DNA from: Paragordius varius
Taxonomy: Eukaryota; Animalia; Nematomorpha
Direction: 5' to 3'
Assembly: GCA_964247055.1 (NCBI GenBank)
Contig: OZ176051.1
Span: 13,330,001 to 13,394,000, forward strand
Length of the DNA: 64,000 nt
Below are positions 1 through 12,520 of this stretch, piece by piece. The translations under genes were made by a program, and so were the position numbers. Below the pieces are notes generated by a model. It was not told the origin of the DNA and made no database searches. It was given only the letters and a program-made list of their open reading frames with translations. Positions within the stretch are counted from its first letter, which is position 1; each line of letters starts with the position of its first letter.

Positions 1-600
1 AGTTTTCTCTATTGCGTCAATTTCCCCGACGTCGTATAAATAGAAGGTGTCCCTGTGCAATCCTTCAAAAACCAATCCATTTGTTGAAAAAAACTTAAGG
101 CGCAATTCTACCCAAATGATAATTGCTTATACTTAAAAAACTCTTTTTATGTAGAAATCGTTAGTTGCTGCTGACTATTTGGATGTACAGGAATTTGTAA
201 ATATGCTTTCAAACCTAGTGTCGAGAAAGATTTGCCAATCGAGGTAAGGTCGTCAAAAGTTTGGTTTAGGTATTAATGTGGTTTTTATATGTAGATTTAT
301 ACTTATTTTAAAATCAGCGCATATTTTAAGCTCCTTATTAGGTTAAAAAATATTAAAAAATGACTAGACCAAACAAATCGCCTCATTCTTGGATCAACGG
401 ATCAATTATATCAAGATTAACTAATCTCTTTATTTCATCTCCACTTTGTTCTGCAGAAATATCGGCCTTTCCTACTTGGAAAAATTTCGCCACAATCATT
501 GGAGTTGAAAATATTTTAATGCGTTCACCTTTCGCAGTCAAGGGCCCTCAGATAACATTGTTATATTTGTTAATATCACATAAATAAATTTTTTTATCCA
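1..600 (-). mobile_element. Ty3/Gypsy pol fragment (RT region), decayed
   Basis: Minus-strand translation gives EIKRLVNLDIIDP (about 390-430) and TFDDLTSIGKSFSTLGLKAYLQIPVHPNSQQQLTIST*KEFFKYKQLSFG (about 110-270). These parallel ELTRLEKLGILEP and PTFDDWVSKIG...DLKDAYLQMPV...LLTISTHKGFF in the LTR element at 53448-53870. Stops and frameshifts present; runs off the window edge. Confidence 0.8.
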
Positions 601-1517
601 GTCCATTCCGAATATTGCAAATTAATATTTTTAATAATATTTATTTTTAGATTCGCTGCAAGAGCTACAAATTTTTTTGCTCTTATAAAATTGACTAGTT
701 TTCTCAAAATAAACGCAAACATGCCCAGCATGTGCGATTATTTTAAGTATATGCTAAATTTTGATAAACTAAAAATATTTTTAAAAAAGCATATTTTTTC
801 CAAAATTAATATCTTAGAAATTTTTTTTGAAACTTAATTCACAATTTTGGGTCATGATGGAAACGGTATTAAAACGCTTCAAGATATTAAAAAAACACTT
901 TTTATAATTCGATGATACTGTTAAACATTCCTCTCATCTCAAAATTTTATTTAAACGTTCGATTTCTTTTAAGTTTTGGTAAAATTTTGTAAAAATGACA
1001 ATATTTATAAATCTGAAAATGATATTTTAATCATAATTCAGATGTGATTATCGAATTATATAGATATGTGTTTTATAATATCCTAAATCGTTTTGATATT
1101 ATTCATGACTCAAACAACAGGTAAAACGCTTCAATCAAATTTTGCTATAGTTAAATTTAAAAAAAACGCTCAAAAATTTTTTAGTTGATATCAAAAAACA
1201 TATATTCAAAAGTATATCCCGCAATCTAAACATTTTTGCGTTTATTTAAAAAAACTGCCCCATTTTAGAGGTGCGAAATTGCAAATTTCGGAGCCCACAT
1301 TTTTAAATTATAATTTTTAAAAATATTGTCTTGCTGCTTATATGTAGTTTAAAATATATTTTAGTGACATTTTTTGAAATGAGCATTTAACATTTACCCA
1401 AAAAAGTATAAAATGAGCAGTTACAAAAGTGAAAAATACTTTGTTATATAATTCGTAAAGGCCAAAACCAAAAGCCCCATGAAAACTTTGATACATTTTC
1501 TTATCAGGATATATATA

Positions 1518-2731
1518 CCATTTCCCAGACAAAAAAACGTTTTCCCAGTAAATCGAAACATTTTCCCAATCAATCGAAACGTTTTTCCAGTCAATCGAAA
1601 CATTTTCCCAGTCAATCGAAACATTTCAGCAATAAAAACGTTTTTCCAGTCAATAAAAACGGTTTTATTTTTGATAATAAATATCAATACAAGATATAAA
1701 AACAACTTTTAACCATTATCAGCGTAATATTAGGATATTATTTTTTAAAAAACACTATTGAATGACAATTTTTCCAATTATAATCCAGTGTACAATCATT
1801 AATGACTTATTCTAAAAAGTTAACACTTCATACTGGATCCTAAACCGAAATTTTATTTAATTTATATAATATTTATAATTTGGTCTAACTGTGGCCAAAG
1901 CGGTCGTTCGAGATTCTTTGTGCAACCCGCGAAAAATTCGGAAATCCATATGCAAAAATATCCCACAAAATCTTAGTAAAATTTATATTTCTTACGAAAT
2001 TATTCTGAGTCTATTATATTGGCAATGAATTAAAAAAAATTGTTATATCGTGTTAGTATTTTACAGTGTTATATCTAAAATCCAATAAATTATTTAAAAA
2101 TGCCCGTATATATTTCGAATGCGGAACGCCGTGTTTTTTGAGTTAAGAATACGGCCCGCGAAGACAATGTGTTGGAATATCCTTATTAAAATATTTTTAA
2201 ATCAAGAACATTTTTATCTAAAATTTTTTTTAGATATTATTTTCCGACAGTATTTTTATCGACATTGACTTGTTTAACTGTTTTGAAGCGTTAAATGACC
2301 AATTTGAGATAAAAATGGTATATTTTAATAAATTTATTATTTCATCTGTAACTCTAGATTTTATATGTTAGCCGCAAATATTAATGCGAATCATCGATAA
2401 AATAAAAAATATTATCTTAAAAATATCTCAAATTCCAAAAATATAACTTTTAAAGAATAAGTCATTAATGATGTGCACTGGAATATAATTGGAAAAATTG
2501 TCATTCAATAATTGTGTTTTTATAAAAAATAATATTCTAATATTACCCTGATAATGGTAAAAAGTTATTTTTATATCTTGTTTTGATATTTATCATCAAA
2601 AATAAAACTTATTTTATTAACTGGGAAAATGTTTTAATTGTCTGGGAAAATGTTTTGATTGACTGGGAATGTTTCGAATGATTGGGAAAATGTTTCGAAT
2701 GACTGTGAAAACGTTTTTTTGACTGGGAAGT

Positions 2732-2733
<2 letters not shown>
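1518..2733. mobile_element. Foldback-like non-autonomous DNA transposon, family A copy 1
   Basis: Starts CCATTTCCCAG and ends CTGGGAAGTGG. Long inverted arms (about 300 bp) begin with tandem 20-bp units (TTTCCCAGTCAATCGAAACR). Flanked by TA runs. Homologous to 58672-60070 and 60232-61630. Confidence 0.85.
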
Positions 2734-2767
<34 letters not shown>

Positions 2768-3493
2768 GTATATATTTCATCAGGATACCTTTTTAGTGGA
2801 TACTGTGTTTTAGGCCATTTCGGTTCTTAAAATGGCTTAAAAAGGATTTAATTAAATGTCTGTAGTGTGTATAAATTTTTCAATGTTAAATATTAAATTG
2901 AATATATAAGTGATACAAGAATCTCATACATGACAAGCATGTAAATTAATATCTTGAAATGGTCTTGTTACTATATATATTAAATATAAAAAGTTTCAGG
3001 GTATAAATTGATTTACACACTTAGTGACGAAAAATTTGATACGGATAGTTTTCCTACTTTGATTAATTAGTAAAATGATCTATATTTACTAGCTCATAAA
3101 TTTTGTATCAAACAAGAATATTACGAAAATTAATTAATACAAAGATGAGTCATAAACGATGGTATGTTAAATTATTTGGATCCTTTAAATATGATTGTCG
3201 CTGTGCAAATATTTACAATACAATAAAATAGTAACCCCATTTCACAACCAATTAATTATAAAGGCATTTTAGTGAGAGTGCGAAAAAAATGGGTAACGTT
3301 TACTATCAAATCAAATATTGATTTTGGAATTCAGCTAACGTAAATGCGCTACATGCTAACTGTGGGTAAGGGCGCTTAACCTTGTAATGAACGTGAGAAA
3401 GGGTAAATGACGCAGGTTCTTTAGGGTTTGCACTTGTATATAAACTATTTACTCCAAAATAATTTTCATTCCCTTAATTTTTTTGCCAAAATT

Positions 3494-5390
3494 ATGATCA
3501 AATATCTAACATTTATCACTCTGCTTGTAGTTGTGTCCAAATTTCACCAAATTGATGGTCAAAGACGACGAGATTTCCGACCTAATAGATACTATCCTGG
3601 TCAGGATTATAGACCTAATCATGTTGCAACGCCTAAAATTTTATCTAAACCCAATCCTCTCCTTGAGTCACAAATGCTCTTCAGCTCTATGTTATCAAAA
3701 AAACCTTTAGTTGCGAATGGGCCTGATTACGTATTTTCCCCATTGAATCTTATTATGGCATTTGCTCTCATTCAGTTAGGTATATATGTTTAAATACGTG
3801 TATGATAACAATTATCAATTTGGCAAAATTTATTTGTTTCATTTTGCATACAAATTTTGGGTAAAACTGTTAAAACTAATGCATCGGTTATCTGTTTTCA
3901 GAATAAAAACTTATTGAAATAATATAGTAATATATTTATAAATTAATATAGGTACGACCTGTCCAGCCCTACCCCACTTAATTCGCCCAAGAGAAACAAG
4001 AGCGCTCCTCCAAAAACTGGAAAAGGATTCGGAAGTTTTACGCTTAAGCAATAACATGTTTGTCCAGCAAGGGTTCACCATCAACAATAATTTAAGATTC
4101 ATGTCCGGTCATATTAAGGGAGAAATCTTTGCTGTAGATTTCACAAACGCAAATACACGTAGTTTTATTAATGAAATAATTAAAAATGAAACGATGGGAA
4201 TGATTCAAAATGCTCTACAAGAGATTGATCCAAAGACGGCGTTGATGGCTACACCCACACTCTATTTCAAAAATCGATGGGCTAAAAAATTTGACGGGTA
4301 ATTACCATTGCCAGCTTTTATAACTAAGATATTTTTTTAAATCTAATACAATGTCACGTTAAATAATTATTTTGGTAGATAAGCGTGTTGGCAAAAATCA
4401 CATGAGCGATTAATTTTATTTTCATAATAGAATAGATAAATTTATAAATAAATTTTTGTAATGTTTATTATGACAGAACTATGAAAGGTCGATTTTATGG
4501 CGTTAGCGGTGAGAAAGAAATCGACATGATATCTGCTTCATCTATTTCACTAGTCAATACAAGCACATTGGGATCTAATATTTATGTATTACCTTACCGT
4601 AATAAAGATTACAAATTCGTACTTGTCGTACCCACAAACAAGGATATAAAGGAATTGGAGTCAAAAATTGAAAAAAATCCAAATTTTTTGGACCAGCTTA
4701 AAGGTGTATCACCCACCTTATTTAAAGAATTCGTTATGCCACGTATGGATATAAATTATAAACTGAATGTTTTGGAAACGCTAAGTCAGGAGTTAACCTG
4801 CCACAAAGAGTATATAATACATTTTTTTTAAAAAAATATTAAACTGTCAACCATTTTTTAAGTTAGGCCTTATTATTATTTTTTCATGCTTTTAGATTTT
4901 CGAAAAGTTGTTTTTAGCCGCTACTACTAATATTTTTCCGTTGCCCCCCCCCCTCCCCCGCCACACACATATTTACACCCTATTTTGTGAAAAGGGTTTA
5001 ATATACGCAAACCCCTTTTTAAAAACCCTTAAACGATTATTAAAATCTAAAACTTTTGAGTATAAGATGAAGTAAAATGCATATAAAACAGAGGTCACAC
5101 ATGGCTTCGGGGTCCCCATTCACGAAAATGGCATTTATTAATATTATTGAATTTCGAACTTAAGATTGTTAAAACCATTGTTTTAGAAATTTCCAATTGT
5201 ACATTGCCAATACGGAAATTATTGGGACAATTTGTTTAGGAAAATTAATTAAATCTCATAAAATATTGTATTTAAAATTTTTCGCAGGCTGCATAAATAT
5301 TTTGGAGGGCCGCCTGATGGACACTGAAATTTTTAGTTTTTAGACCAGGCCTCATATATGAAATGAGAAGGGGGTCCACTGTTGTATACG

Positions 5391-5431
<41 letters not shown>

Positions 5432-5676
5432 TTTAATACCATAGGTATATGAACAGAATACTCAAAGAAAATGTAAATTTGACGCTCAGTAAAATCGATC
5501 ATCAAGTGAAACTTATGGTAAATGAGGAAGGTACAGAGGGTGCCGCTGTTACCACAATCGGAATTACCGTTAGATCCTTTATTGAACCTACTTACATTAA
5601 CACCCCTTTCCTCTATTACCTAATCAAGGATGAAACTGCTATAATATTTAAAGGACGATTTACGGATCCTAAATGA
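3494..5676 (+). CDS. Secreted serpin (serine protease inhibitor), 4 exons: 3494-3779, 3952-4297, 4477-4809, 5445-5676; 398 aa
   Basis: All three GT-AG introns are phase-compatible (1,2,2) and give 1197 nt from ATG to TGA. Signal peptide MIKYLTFITLLVVVSKFHQIDG. Serpin motifs VFSPLNL, TLYFKNRWAKKF, LPY, MPRMDINY, hinge NEEGTEGAAVT and C-terminal PFLYYL..IIFKGRFTDP. AATAAA at 5785. Confidence 0.92.
5089..5326. mobile_element. hAT-type MITE in serpin intron 3
   Basis: Ends CAGAGGTCAC... and ...GAGGGCCGCCTGATGGACACTG resemble the other hAT MITE ends in the window (e.g. 20251-20530). No clean TSD. Confidence 0.5.
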
Positions 5677-6017
5677 TTTATATATATATATATATGAAAA
5701 ACCTTGGGGCTATCTTTCATAAAGCTTTATTTTAGGTTTAGATCATATCAATCTAATTAATGTTGAGTTTTATTATGTTGTTTGAATAAATACATCACAA
5801 TATATATATATATATATATATATATTTAATATATGATACTTGTATTGTGTTTAATAAATATTACAAATATATATATAATGGTAATGAACGGATTGGTTAT
5901 GTTTTGTAATAACAGTTGTTAAAATCCGTAATATAATGATAAAGGATAATTAAATAGAATTAAATGAAATTATAAATAGAAATTATAAACGATATGTGAA
6001 ACCCTTCGTCAATAGTA

Positions 6018-6060
6018 ATCGCAGACTAGTTTCGTGCTTGTTAGCACTCATCAGTACGAC
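6018..6060 (-). ncRNA. Minimal type I hammerhead ribozyme
   Basis: Minus strand reads GUCGUA-CUGAUGA-GUGC-UAACAA-GCAC-GAA-ACUAGU-C-UGCGAU: intact core, 4-bp stem II, palindromic ACUAGU stem III and a GUC cleavage triplet (cut between 6024 and 6023). Stem I GUCGUA/UGCGAU pairs fully with wobbles and extends into a hairpin spanning 5990-6093. Confidence 0.85.
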
Positions 6061-6612
6061 ACAACTATTTGACTTGGGGTTTTCACATATCGATTTCGTA
6101 TATATATCCAACTTTGCAATTTTGGTATAAATGCAGTTGGTTTTACGAATTTGAATTAAATTTAATGTAATTTATGAAAATTAAACTGAAAATTTGAAAA
6201 TAAACTGAAAATTAACTCTAAACTGATTATTTAATTAAAAACTAAATCAATCAGTGTTGATTATTTTAATGGATTAGTCATATTTAGCAATTGTCAATAT
6301 ATTTCATTTTTTCATTTTAAATATCAGTAAAATATTTATAATTAAAAATTATGAAAAATATTTTTATATTTTTTTCTGTTTTAAAACAGTTTCTATGATC
6401 TCATTAATTAAAAATATGGCACGCCTCATATATTAAGGCTGATATCAATTTCACTATAGAATCCGGTGCCTTAATCCACGCTCTTTTTTAGTAAAAAAAA
6501 TCATAACATTATATAGGCAAAGGTGCTATATACTTTTATAGAAATATTTAAATATATAAAAAGCCTCTTGTAGATGCATTTAACTAAAAATACTTTTATC
6601 GGATGATTAAAG

Positions 6613-9600
6613 CAGGGATTCTTTGTAGTTCCCGACCCCATTTATGATTGCGAGTTTCTTAACGACCCCAACAAATATAAAAGAAAAATAATAGTTTCTT
6701 CGAAATAACACTTAATTTTGTTGTTAATATTTATAAGGATTATTTCGGTTTTGAGAGATTGACAAAAATAAATCTATATTTTTTATAAATTTCTATAACA
6801 TTTTCTGATTCATAGTAAATTTATACAAGATACTAGCTAGCCCTAGGCTTCGGTGTGGCGTAGTCTCACCGATAATTAATCTTAATAATTTGCAATAAAT
6901 AGGGTTAATGGAGATAAAAAATAATAATAAACATATTTAGTAAAAAGAATGTCTTTAATTATTCTTTTACGGGTTTTTGCATAGGCTGAAATATTGACTT
7001 GAAATCGACCATATTTAATCTGTCCCTTATGTAGGTTAATATTCAACTATCGTTGGATTTATTTTAAGATTGTTTTACGAAATCATGGTTAAAAGTTCTA
7101 ATTTCAAATTGTGTTCATACAGCTGGGATCAAGGGATAAAAAAAGTAAATCATTTGTGGTCCCTTTTTAAAGGAAAGAATGATATTATACATATTCCCCA
7201 GAAATGTGTTTAACTGAACTCGTATGGCTTCTTAAGTTTTTTGAAAATTAGCTCCAAAACTACGCCTATTTTGGATGGCGTCTCAGTTTTAAACCGGTAG
7301 ACCCCTACCCATACACCTATATTAAAAAAGCGCTGAGTTAAATTCTTTGTATTTGGAATCATCTTTGATACCATCGTCTCATGGGTTATTCGATAAAATA
7401 CCTCAACATTAAATAATTGTTTTTTAGGGCATAAAGGCCCCAAATTAACGGTTAAGAAAAAAAAACCCGACCTTAATTTTTACCTAGTTACGGGTAATAT
7501 TTCACGCTTTTAATGAGCTCATTGGCTTCATAAATTTTCTGTAAATTAGATCCAAAACAACGGAATATAGTGGCGCAGTTTTAGCGGCTATCGTTTACCC
7601 GGCAGCCAATATCAAAAAAAACGAAGCCTAAAATTTTTGCCTTTAAACAGAGAATAACTCGAATCCTCACTGAATTTTAACGGTCTCATGCCCTGGTCAA
7701 AAAATTATTTAGTTTTTTGAAAAAAAAGGCATTTTACGAGGGGAACGGGTAAAAAGAGAGCCTAAATTAAAAAAACCGACTAGGTTCGGCGCATTCGAAA
7801 AAAAGTAAAAAAATATATTTGAAATAAAATGGTCCAAAACATATTCCGGAAAATTGTCTCAAAGACACGATTTTTGTGGACTTCTGTTTTCAAAAAAACC
7901 CGTTTTTTTTGACGGGGTGGGCCTGAACTGGGGGCCTAATTCAAAAAAGGGCCAAGCTATTGACAGGGCATCTATGATTATTTTTTTGACATTTGGATTT
8001 GAATGGGTCGACCGGTTTTCCGGAAACAGATCACAAAGCCAGAATTTTCCATTTTTATAAATATATAGATCAGTGATGCTCAAACCGCGGCCCGCTGGCC
8101 GCATGCGGCCCTAAGGATGCTTTAAAATTGCCTTATGACCATATTGATACAAATTATTTTATTGATAAATTTTTTAAATTTACATAAACGAATTGTCGCG
8201 TATTTTAGTATTAATTTATTTTCTCTAAATATTTTGGTAATTTTTATTTTTTACCCAATTTGAAATGTAGAAATTTTCCTACATTAAAATGATTTAAATA
8301 TTTTGACACACGTTGTTTCTGTTTCTGTAATATATTTTTAATATTTCAAAATTTTTATTGCATTCCCTTTTTTATTTAAGCAAGCTTTTTACCCAAACTT
8401 GCATATATTATTTCCTGCATCATTTTTTATAACTCATTCCCATAAAATATTTTTCAAATCAACATCATTAAATTTCGATCTGTTAACATAATACAAATTT
8501 TCATAATATTTGATATATTAAATGACATCTGATGATAAAAATATATCCCATGAAAATTGCTCCTTTGAAAAACAATGCTAAGAAAAATTCTTTGTCGTTT
8601 TAAATAAAAATGTTGCCTGCCTTATATGTAAGGACAACCTATTATAAAATATACATATTGAATATTACAATCCATTATTCTCATAAATTACGGGAAAAAT
8701 ATGAGGAAAGAAACGAAAAATATTAAAAGATTAAGGATTATACAGAAAGAAAAATTTATATAACTTTTCCCCGAAAAAGCTGTGTAGCTTCGTATGAAAT
8801 TTGCTATATTTTAAGATAAAATATGAAACCGTTTACTGATTCTTTACTAATAAAAGAATGTCTAATAAATTGTTGCTTTTTTTATTTGATAAATTCCATA
8901 AAAATCAGATCATGAAGCAAATTAAAATTTAACTTTCTGATTCAACATGTGCTCGACGCATTGAAGATATGACTAAATATATTTTTAATAATACATTATT
9001 GCCTCTGAAAATGCAAATATTTTAGTATAGCTATTCATTCTAGGCACTGATATTAGTTCAACACCTCAAAGTGCGCTCTTCGTGAGATTTTGCAACGACA
9101 ACATAATCAACGAGGAATATTAAAATTTTACCAATGAATAATACCTCGAAAGGAAGAGATTTTCTGAAAATAATTAGCATTTTTTTCGATAATAATGGAT
9201 ATCTATGAAAAAATTGGTTTCGATCTGCACAGATGGCTGTCCCTTTATGATAAAAATAAACAAAGGATTTATTCCTTTTTTGAAAAACATATAATTTGCA
9301 AAATATTTTTTTGGTGATATCTTTTTTGTACACCTCTGTGAGATGACTAACTTAGCAAATTAAATAGATTTTTTTATTTTAGACATGAAATTTTATTATT
9401 TATAAAAATATAAGAAAGTTTGACAATAATTAATAGTGACTAATGGTGAGTTTTATTAACTTACCTTTGCGACATTACTTACAAACTTAGTATTTTTAAT
9501 AAGAGTCTTCTAGGGAGCAAAAAGTAACCCAATTCGTTAATCATATTTTCTTTTAAAAAATTGGTAATATATAAAAAAGATTTTATAAATAAAACACCCA

Positions 9601-10481
9601 TATTTTCCAACATTAAAACGATTTTAATTTAAAAATAATCATTTTTCATTTTTATCTAATGAGATGAAATTCAGAAGACTTAAGAAATATCGATTGCTGA
9701 AACTCGTTGAAAATCCATGTGGCATATGGGTATATCCAATATTAGGCAACTTGAGCATTTCGGTTTTGATCAGGCGCAATCATTGAAAAATTCGTGGATT
9801 TTAAAAATATCCGATTCGGAAACTATATTCAAGGAGAATCGTAGAGAAGAAATATGTAGAGTTTTGGCAAGATGTGCCAAATAAATAAGAAAATATAAAA
9901 AATGTGCTCAAGTTATCCTAACTGTTTTTCCTCAACGTACACGTGTGAGACGGCATATTCAAAAATAATGTATGTCATGATTAATAGATATCGCTTAATG
10001 ATCATATGGACGACGTATTCAGATTGGCCTGTCCATAAGGCAAAATCATTGGTTAATCAAAATAAATATTGTATCAATATTTTATTTTTTTAACTAAATG
10101 GTGTAATACGAGTTTTTAGCTAGATTTACATGCGATCCGCAAAAAATTCATTGTGCTGATTTAGAGTATAAATATATGCATATGTCAAATAGCTTTGGAA
10201 TTTTTGCCATTATTAGGTTCATGGCCCTCGAAAATATATGTTATTTGGCCCGTCAAATTTTTTTGGTGAGTACCACTGATTTAGATTATAATGATCGGAA
10301 TAGAAATGCTGGTATAAACATTTCCGAACCAGAAGATTTTATGATATATTTATCTACGATGATTGTTATTTTTCTTTATAAAAATAATTGTACAAGTTGA
10401 AAAACATTTTTTGTTAAATTGTATTTTTATCACCCGCGACCCCATAATTATGCTTTGCGACCCATAGTTTAAGAAGCCCTG
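6613..10481 (-). mobile_element. Non-autonomous Charlie/Buster-type hAT element carrying nested insertions
   Basis: Left end CAGGGATTC...CGACCCC matches 43834. Right end ...GCGACCCATAGTTTAAGAAGCCCTG matches the end at 45515. Flanks GATTAAAG and GATTAGAA (6/8) fit a decayed 8-bp TSD. Confidence 0.6.
8071..10278 (+). mobile_element. hAT transposon relic with GTF2IRD2/ZBED-like transposase fragments
   Basis: Termini CAGTGATGCTC...GAGTACCACTG; TSD ATATAGAT/ATTTAGAT (7/8). Degenerate transposase motifs CLIC, ASYEI, KPFTDSLLIKEC, SDSTCARRIEDM, TDISSTPQSALFVR and DGCP at about 8600-9270. Confidence 0.8.
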
Positions 10482-10617
10482 GATTAGAATAGACAATGTC
10501 ATATGATTTTTGATAAATTTGTATATTTATGTAGAAGGTTATAAAAATTTTCAAATCGATACTTTGCCATTTTTATATGATGGTCCCACCAATATCTTTA
10601 AATTATAACATCTAAAC

Positions 10618-11315
10618 CAGAAGTGTCCAACACGCTACGAAACATTATGTGCTGTCCGCGAAAAATTATGAATCCATAATTCGCAAAATATTAACACGAG
10701 TTGAAATATAGGGGTAGTTTTATATCCCAGACAATTTTGAAATATTGTTTTAAAAGTGATTTTTTAATAAATTTAATCATCTAATATTGTCTCATGTATT
10801 ATATAGCTTATTTTTTTTTCACTTTGGTGACTTATAGAGTCTAAAATTGGGACAGGTCTAAAACACGATTGAAATGAACAGCTAATATTAAAAATATATC
10901 AAGTTTTTGGTAACAAAATTTAGCCTGAAAGCTTTAAAAAGTTAATTATTTACAATTTTTGCCTGTTGCTTTAGCGATTTAAAAAAATAGATAGCGGCGC
11001 AATGAGATGAGGTTTTTTTTACAATTATCCTTTTTTAAAATTGCATAATGCGCATAAAACTAAAGCAAGCATATTTTTTAATAGACTTAATACTTTAAAT
11101 GCTTTTTAAATTATTCAAATCTCAAATTGCTCTGCTCATAAATCTACCCCAAAAAATCATGGAGTGTCAAAAAAACTCAGCAAAAATAATAAATAAATTC
11201 TTTGAACAAGTCTATTCATTTGGCGACGAACTAGAAAAATTGGTATACTGTGTTTGCATTTTACATGTTTAATAATATTTATCAAGCCCAAAGCCATTTG
11301 TTTTGGACACTCCTG
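10618..11315. mobile_element. hAT MITE with a nested TIR element at 10711-11150
   Basis: Ends CAGAAGTGTCCAA...TTGGACACTCCTG; TSD ATCTAAAC/TTCTAAAC (7/8). Inner element has 13-bp TIRs GGGGTAGTTTTAT/ATAAATCTACCCC, with related sequence at about 42227-42610 and 12985. Confidence 0.7.
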
Positions 11316-11351
11316 TTCTAAACTATACATGTAAATAATGATATTGTATAG

Positions 11352-12520
11352 ATAAGGTCAGACACTTAACTAGCGCAAAGGTTTTTCCAAATTAACTATT
11401 TTCATAACAAGAGGGGATTTGCTACATAGAAGTAGAAGAGGTGTGTACCTGTATGTGTCTTATATATAAAAAGGTTGATCATATGCTGTGTTTTTTGTCA
11501 TTACCAAAATAAAACATATTATACAAAGTAAAATCATATGGTTTTAATAATAATTTGAGGGTCATTTATTTTTCATTGTCCATCGGCTCCTACGTTCACC
11601 CATCTCCCAAGTTATAGAATGCCAAAGCAAACTAATTGAGTTTTTCTGCCGCAAACCATTCGTCAGCTATCCCAACGTCTGGTAAATAATTATGCGAGCA
11701 TGTGACTCATTGATGCAAATGGTACTAGTCATATGCTAGGTAAGTAGAGTACGGCTAATGTGGAAAAATTTTCTACCAAATTCTAAGGTGTTTTACACTG
11801 GTTTTGCTGTGAGATGGGGAGCATTGTCATGTTGCAAAATCACTCTTGTCTTTTGGCCCTTTCAATCCTTTTCGATTAATACATGTTTTAAACTAATTTT
11901 TTCTTGGCTATAGCGTGTGTATTTAAGGTTAACTGGGCTTCGAAAATTATAATGCGCAATACTGCTCTGGTTTCACCAGACACCGTATGGTCTGTTTGCC
12001 AAAGCCATTTTGATTTTAATGGACCGACTTGGTAAGGTAATAGCCACGGTTTTTTTCATTTTGGATTTATTTACAAAATGAGGCCGCTTCTCTCACCCGT
12101 CACAATTACGTCATGATTTTACAAGTCACTCATTTTTCGTTTTAAAATTCGAAAATTTTGGGTATTTACCGAGTGTTACTGTATTTTTTGTAATACGTGT
12201 AATGTTTGACTATCGATTGTCATTGTATTCAACTAGAATTCTTGGTTAATAACTCTTGCACTTTATAGTCTTCGCAGTCGTGTCGTCTACAAGAGCCTTA
12301 GCCCTTAATTAAAATCACAGCTTTTTCATTTTCGAAATCATTATCACATTTGTAAACCAAAGCATCATAACAATCATTTCTTCTAATATAATAGAAAAAT
12401 ATTCTAGCATATTTTCTTTTAAGGCACAAAATTCGACATAATTACTGAATGATAAAGACGCTCGTGTGCGTATGTATGTGTATAAAATTAAATTGAGAGA
12501 AATGGCGTCTTTGCCAAATA
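11352..12520 (-). mobile_element. Mariner transposon relic
   Basis: Minus strand gives LQHDNAPHLTAKPV (about 11800-11840), a decayed PYSTYLAYD.YHL copy of the YSPDLAPSDYHLF motif, and C-terminal DEWFAA...RWV..GADG. Boundaries approximate. Confidence 0.75.

Noticed and set aside
155-241. Plus-strand reading KSLVAADYLDVQEFVNMLSNLVSRKI, resembling a SKP1 helix and bounded by AG/GT
   Set aside because: The minus strand of the same bases encodes a much longer, better match to Gypsy RT (TFDDL...AYLQIPV...LTIST), and no other SKP1 exon is present.
1504-2787. ATCAGGATA on both sides of family A copy 1 as a possible 9-bp Mutator/FB-type TSD
   Set aside because: It does not abut the termini, and copies 2 and 3 show no such duplication, only TA flanks.
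6833-6875. ACTAGCTAGCCCTAGGCTTCGGTGTGGCG resembling the start of Helitron-like non-autonomous elements
   Set aside because: No matching second end or second copy could be identified in the window; too little support for a feature.
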